NCBI GenBank assembly: GCA_037917675.1
Contig: JAVCBW010000037.1
Span: 1-58,172 of the forward strand
Reading direction: 5' to 3'
From: Thermoproteota archaeon
GTDB lineage: Archaea > Korarchaeota > Korarchaeia > B14-G2
Length of the DNA stretch: 58,172 nt
The notes under the pieces were generated by a model. That model worked only from the letters and a program-made list of their open reading frames with translations, searched no databases and was not told where the DNA came from. This document shows, one piece after another, positions 57,308-58,172 of this stretch (its first letter is position 1; every line of letters starts with the position of its first letter). A program made the translations under genes and the position numbers.

Positions 57308-58171
57308 TTAGCTGCTACTAGACGTCTGCCATCTGTGGCATGCAGCGTAGTGACCTGGCTTCACCTCAGTGAGCTCCGGTTCTCTTGCTTTACATTCCTC
57401 TGTTGCATGAGGACACCTAGGATGAAATCTGCAGCCACTCGGTGAGTCTACAAGCGATGGAGGTTCACCTGATGGGATGTTTCTGAGCTTAAGCCTGTTT
57501 TCAGGGTCTGGGTCAGGTATAGCCTCTATCAGAGCTTCAGTATAGGGATGGAGTGGGCTAACTAGAACCTCTCTAGTTCTCCCAAGTTCAACTATCTTGC
57601 CAGCATACATGACTGCCATCCTATCTGTGAAGTACTTTGTAGTCGATAAGTCATGTGTTATATATATCTGTGCTATGTTATACTTCTCCTGAAACTCTTT
57701 AAGGAGGTATAGGATTTCAGCTCTGACTGAAGCATCCAACATTGAAACAGGTTCGTCTGACACTAGGAGATTAGGGTTCAATATTATTGCCCTTGCGATA
57801 GCTACCCTCTGTCTCTGGCCTCCACTTAGCATATGTGGATACTTACCTGCAAACTCTTCTGGAGGTGTGAGCTTCACCATCTCGAGTACCGAGTATACCA
57901 TCTTCAGCCTCTCTTGCCTCGACTTTATGCCATATGACATCAGAGGCTCCTCTAGCGTCTGGCTTACCTTGTAAAAGGGATTTAGGCTTTCAAAGGGATC
58001 CTGATATATTATCTGAGCTCTCCTCCTGAACCATCTCAGCTCGCTCTCTCTAAGATGTGTTATGTCTCTGCCATTGAAGTATATGGTACCCTCTATAGGC
58101 TCGTATAGCCTGAGGATTGTCTTACCTAGGGTGGTCTTACCAGAACCTGACTCCCCTACTACAGCTAGCGT
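57308..58171 (-). CDS. Second OppF/DppF-like ABC ATPase, 5'-truncated by the window edge
   Basis: Frame is open to the window end (TLAVVGESGSGKTT at 58171). LSGGQRQR, DEPVSMLD, GCRFHPRC. Confidence 0.9.
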   Translation of the reverse strand, partial: TLAVVGESGSGKTTLGKTILRLYEPIEGTIYFNGRDITHLRESELRWFRRRAQIIYQDPFESLNPFYKVSQTLEEPLMSYGIKSRQERLKMVYSVLEMVKLTPPEEFAGKYPHMLSGGQRQRVAIARAIILNPNLLVSDEPVSMLDASVRAEILYLLKEFQEKYNIAQIYITHDLSTTKYFTDRMAVMYAGKIVELGRTREVLVSPLHPYTEALIEAIPDPDPENRLKLRNIPSGEPPSLVDSPSGCRFHPRCPHATEECKAREPELTEVKPGHYAACHRWQTSSSS

Positions 58172-58172
58172 C

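Noticed and set aside
1-58172. TAG recoding (pyrrolysine) given the abundance of TAG
   Set aside because: TAG falls at the expected C-termini of conserved proteins, and no gene appears interrupted by an in-frame TAG.

Overview
Chromosomal segment of an archaeon. The archaeal-type TyrRS, PGI/PMI, His-type Thi4, tungsten AOR, IPCT/DIPPS and TATA-like promoters suggest a (hyper)thermophilic Thermoproteota/TACK member, which is an inference. It carries about 50 protein genes. These include tyrS, Trm112, ppdK, a citryl-CoA lyase and a CitG-like gene, and complete branched-chain amino acid and peptide ABC operons (plus a second truncated ATPase at the right edge). There are also surface proteins, VapBC and MNT-HEPN modules and several decayed remnants. 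I found no rRNA, tRNA, CRISPR array, integrase or intact transposase. The best candidate for an undescribed system is 15893-21029. Two divergent paralogous ribbon-helix-helix genes flank a perfect 18-bp palindrome and lead an operon of sat, an AlkP/NPP-family enzyme, cysC and a glycan flippase. That operon makes PAPS, but no canonical sulfotransferase or reductase is present in the window. Both RHH proteins end in the IKRRL[RK]ALGY tail that the AlkP enzyme lacks. Other leads are a tandem pair of paralogous helical orphans with an unlisted RHH gene, a cryptic JAMM-motif protein, an IPCT/DIPPS with an extra membrane domain, a multi-hairpin 5' leader, and short duplications of gene 3' ends. All calls come from motifs read by eye; no searches were run.
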